Below are positions 60,936 to 64,000 of a stretch of 64,000 nt of DNA, in pieces. The DNA lies in the NCBI RefSeq assembly GCF_000143415.4, contig NW_003314267.1:765394-829393 (forward strand), written 5' to 3'. The position numbers and the translations under genes are program-made. The stretch is from Selaginella moellendorffii. Taxonomy: Eukaryota > Plantae > Lycopodiophyta. Each line of letters begins with the position of its first letter. The stretch's first letter is position 1. The notes below the pieces were generated by a model that was not told where the DNA came from, did no database searches, and was given only the letters and a program-made list of their open reading frames with translations.

Positions 60936-61990
60936 CAAACCATGGACTGTATAGCCTAGTGTTTTCTCTATAGTCAAGCTGTATTTACATTTTTATATGG
61001 TTTCTTTTTTCTCTCTCGCCCTCTTTTTTCTGGATTTTTTCGAGCTAGACTATGCAATGCAAGCTTTGTCCTTGATGCTCGTCATAAGCCCCAATCGTGA
61101 CCGTCTGTCAATGGATTTGCAAAGCTGTGGAGCCCTGGTTGTCACCCTTGTAGGGGTCGGCGCAAAGGTATTTCTCTACGTAGTCCTGTAAGAAAGAAAA
61201 ATCACTATTTAAGTTTAAGATCGTCTACAAAGTTCTAGTCTAAGAATCCTAGAGGGTTTTCTGGAAGGCCAGAAGTAATGCTATAGCAAGAAGCACTGCT
61301 CAATTGCAAGAGATGCCAGATCAAACAGGAGCGAGAAACCAAGTAGAAAAAACAGTAGCTACATTCGATTGCGATGGAGAGGAATCGAGGCTTTGTTTTG
61401 CTCGGAGAGCACAAACGATGACAAGCAGTAGGCTCGAGGAGTAAAATATATTGATCAATGCAACAGTTAACACTGTGAAGTAGCAACAGTGCATGGCTCA
61501 TGAGACAAGGGAAAGATCAAGCAAATCATGACCAAGGTGAGAATCCAAAGGAAAGACCAAACTCTCCCAAAAAAGAAGAGAAAATAACACACCAAAAACA
61601 GAAAAACTTCTCTTTCAAATTTAAATAAATAATTGCTACTATATAATCACAAGCTTCATTCAGAATCTTGAGCTTCATTTATTTCATGCTGTGGCTATTA
61701 TTTTCCAGTTCTTGTTTCTTCAACTCTTGCATGAGCCCTGATACAAACTCCCATTGATCCTCTGGAATACAGATCTTTCTCGCCAACTGAACCGTCTCCC
61801 CTCTCCTATAATACGCATTGTAAACCTGACCAAAAATTCAAAAAATAAAAAAGCAACAAACAAAAAATTTTACATCGCGAGGAGTCCACTTGGTCACCTC
61901 CCGACCCACCAAGGTTTTCAGCATCCCCTCGTAAAACAGATGCGAGCTTATGAAGTCTTTGGTCTAAACGAAAACCTGGCATTCTGAGCC

Positions 61991-62950
61991 CTAAAAACCA
62001 TAAAAATTTAATGAAAACGGACATAACATACCCATGGATGGATGAAAAGCCTGCCCGGATACCTTCCATCTGGGATCTTCATCTGTTAACAATGAAGATT
62101 CGCCCTCCATTCCGTAAATTTCTTCTGGATCATTCTCCGACATGGTGGCACACTCCCAGGGGCGGTCAAAGGAAGAGCTTCTCTCTTCGTCAGAGGAAAA
62201 CCTGCAGGGGATTGAGTTAGAAACGAAATATTCTGTTCTGCACTTACAAGCCAAACTCTCCTCAACTAGCTCCTCGTTTTCCACTTGAACAAACTCGTGG
62301 ATTTCAACATACCCGTAGTACCATGTCACCCTGCCCCACACCTGGATGCAAACCGGACGCCACTGCTCCTTTCGTGCCCAAGCCAGGTTGTTAATCACAA
62401 CAGCAGCCAGCTCGCTACTGCAAGCTTGCAAATGTTTCATGCCAAGAACTTCGAGCTATTTGGCTTCTTACAGACCTTCCGCTGGCGTTTTCTTGAAGTC
62501 CACCGCCACCCGCAGTTCCTCGCGGAGACTCTTTGGCATAGCCCATGACAAACTCGGAGCTGCACAATGGGATCAGGTCTACAATATACGTTTTAGTAAC
62601 GGTTCTTAGCTTGCATCTGTCTTGTTCATTCGCCGGACTGAAAGCATCAAGTGATAACTAGCAGCCAACAAAAGAAAGAAAACCTACCAGCAAGTTTGGG
62701 CAATGGCGATGTGAACTCCCGGAATGTAGTCAGCAGAAACTCTTGGATCATGCCCTGCCGTTTATAGTCGCCACCAGGATTTCTAGCTTGGAGTGCTTTG
62801 CCAACGGCAATGCTTGCGAGGAGATGTACTGCATTAACGGCTGGGAACTAGCCGGAACTGGTCGTAGTGTGGCATGATCCGGCCTTCGTGATGGATTACG
62901 ATGAGGCCATACTTAAGAGGGAAGTTGTCCGAGTCGAGCTGACAAGGCGG
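61991..62950 (-). pseudogene. Possible decayed or lineage-specific coding sequence
   Basis: Coding-like GC content, a 149-aa ORF and splice-like signals, but stops in the upstream frames and no recognisable family. Confidence 0.25.
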
Positions 62951-63049
62951 AGTGTCGAACAAATCCTGAGTCTTACCCTCCCGTCTTTTCGTCCAGCTCC
63001 AGCCTCAAGCCCTAATGCTTTTCCTAAAACGCTTTAAAATATTCCTTAA

Positions 63050-63900
63050 CTTAACAGTAGGGGAATTTTTTTTGGACCCGGGAACTGAACCTAGTAAAAC
63101 ATATAAATGACATATATGGAATGGAAAATATGACAATTATTATTTATAAAAGATAAAATAAAATTAGTAAAAATTGTTTTTAAAGGGATTATACATTATA
63201 GAATAGAGTTATTTTTTTTTATAGAAGATGGAAATTTCTACAGATATAAATATTTATTTGTATTATTTTTTATTTAGATGATTAGGTCATTCAAAAATAT
63301 TTGAATTGCCCCATGTAACAAACCATTAACAACTTTTTGGCATGTGGGCGAAATTGTCTTACTTGGCTATTTAATATAAAATAATTAATTTTACCACAAT
63401 TTTATAAGTAACTAAAGTGAATGACTTAAGAGATAATTCATTTGAATTCAAATATAAAATGAAGAAAATTACATTTCTTTTTATAATAAATTAAAAGTAT
63501 TAAATACTTAGAATTAAGTATCTTTAAGTTTGAGAGAACTAATCCAATTGGGCTAGACTTGAAAGGTAAGGTAGAATAGAGCTCTTGAAATGGTTTTCAG
63601 ATTTTATTCAAAAGAGCATGAATTTGCATAATGAATTATAAGAAACAAAAACAAAGAATTTGAAATATAATTCATTAGGGTTCAAATATAAAAGAAAGGG
63701 CTTATAAATAATAATTCAATTTAAATTCATAAAACATTCATGAAGATTTATATAATAATTGTCAACATTTACAATCTATATTCATTTAAAAGAAAAATCC
63801 TTATGAATAAAAATGCAATTTAAATTAAAAAAAATTCATGAAAATTTATATAACAATTGTCAACATTGCCAATCTATGCATCTCATTTGCTAGCCACCAA
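63050..63900. repeat. AT-rich repeat relic
   Basis: Internal ~65-nt duplication (~63720-63790 vs ~63820-63890), and a 20-mer shared with 43145-43164. Confidence 0.55.
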
Positions 63901-64000
63901 ATGGTTTTTTAGGGCACGTGCAGGTGCCCTATGCCATATGCCAAAAAACCATGCCGAAAAAGGTGCTGGGCAGCACCAAGGAGATGTTGAAGCGCTAGAA

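Overview
Eukaryotic land-plant nuclear DNA: gene-dense, with very short (~45-60 nt) introns and several intronless PLS-class PPR genes. This pattern is most consistent with the lycophyte Selaginella (inference). Protein-coding genes in order: two head-to-head PPR genes, prolyl 4-hydroxylase, a GRDP/DUF1399 protein, a vacuolar NHX antiporter, an SPX protein, an EF-hand protein, the ADP/ATP carrier, an extensin, a GTE bromodomain protein, proteasome beta-3, a GH9 endoglucanase, a third PPR, a CBP1/MEE14-like gene, an aldo-keto reductase, an orphan four-exon membrane-anchored protein, UDP-glucuronate 4-epimerase and a RAD1-type GRAS factor. RNA genes: two tandem tRNA-Ile(AAU) genes and a minus-strand C/D-box snoRNA cluster (U61-like, one orphan, snoR14-like). 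Mobile DNA: a decayed copia element at the left edge and a nested LTR complex at 44.2-53.8 kb. In that complex a non-autonomous long-LTR element hosts a chromovirus with a Tf1-like self-priming signature and an in-frame deletion of protease and RT. The most notable regulatory signal is paired P1BS (PHR-binding) sites in front of both the SPX gene and the RAD1 symbiosis gene. Gene identifications come from recognition of motifs, not from database searches, and multi-exon spans are start-to-stop.
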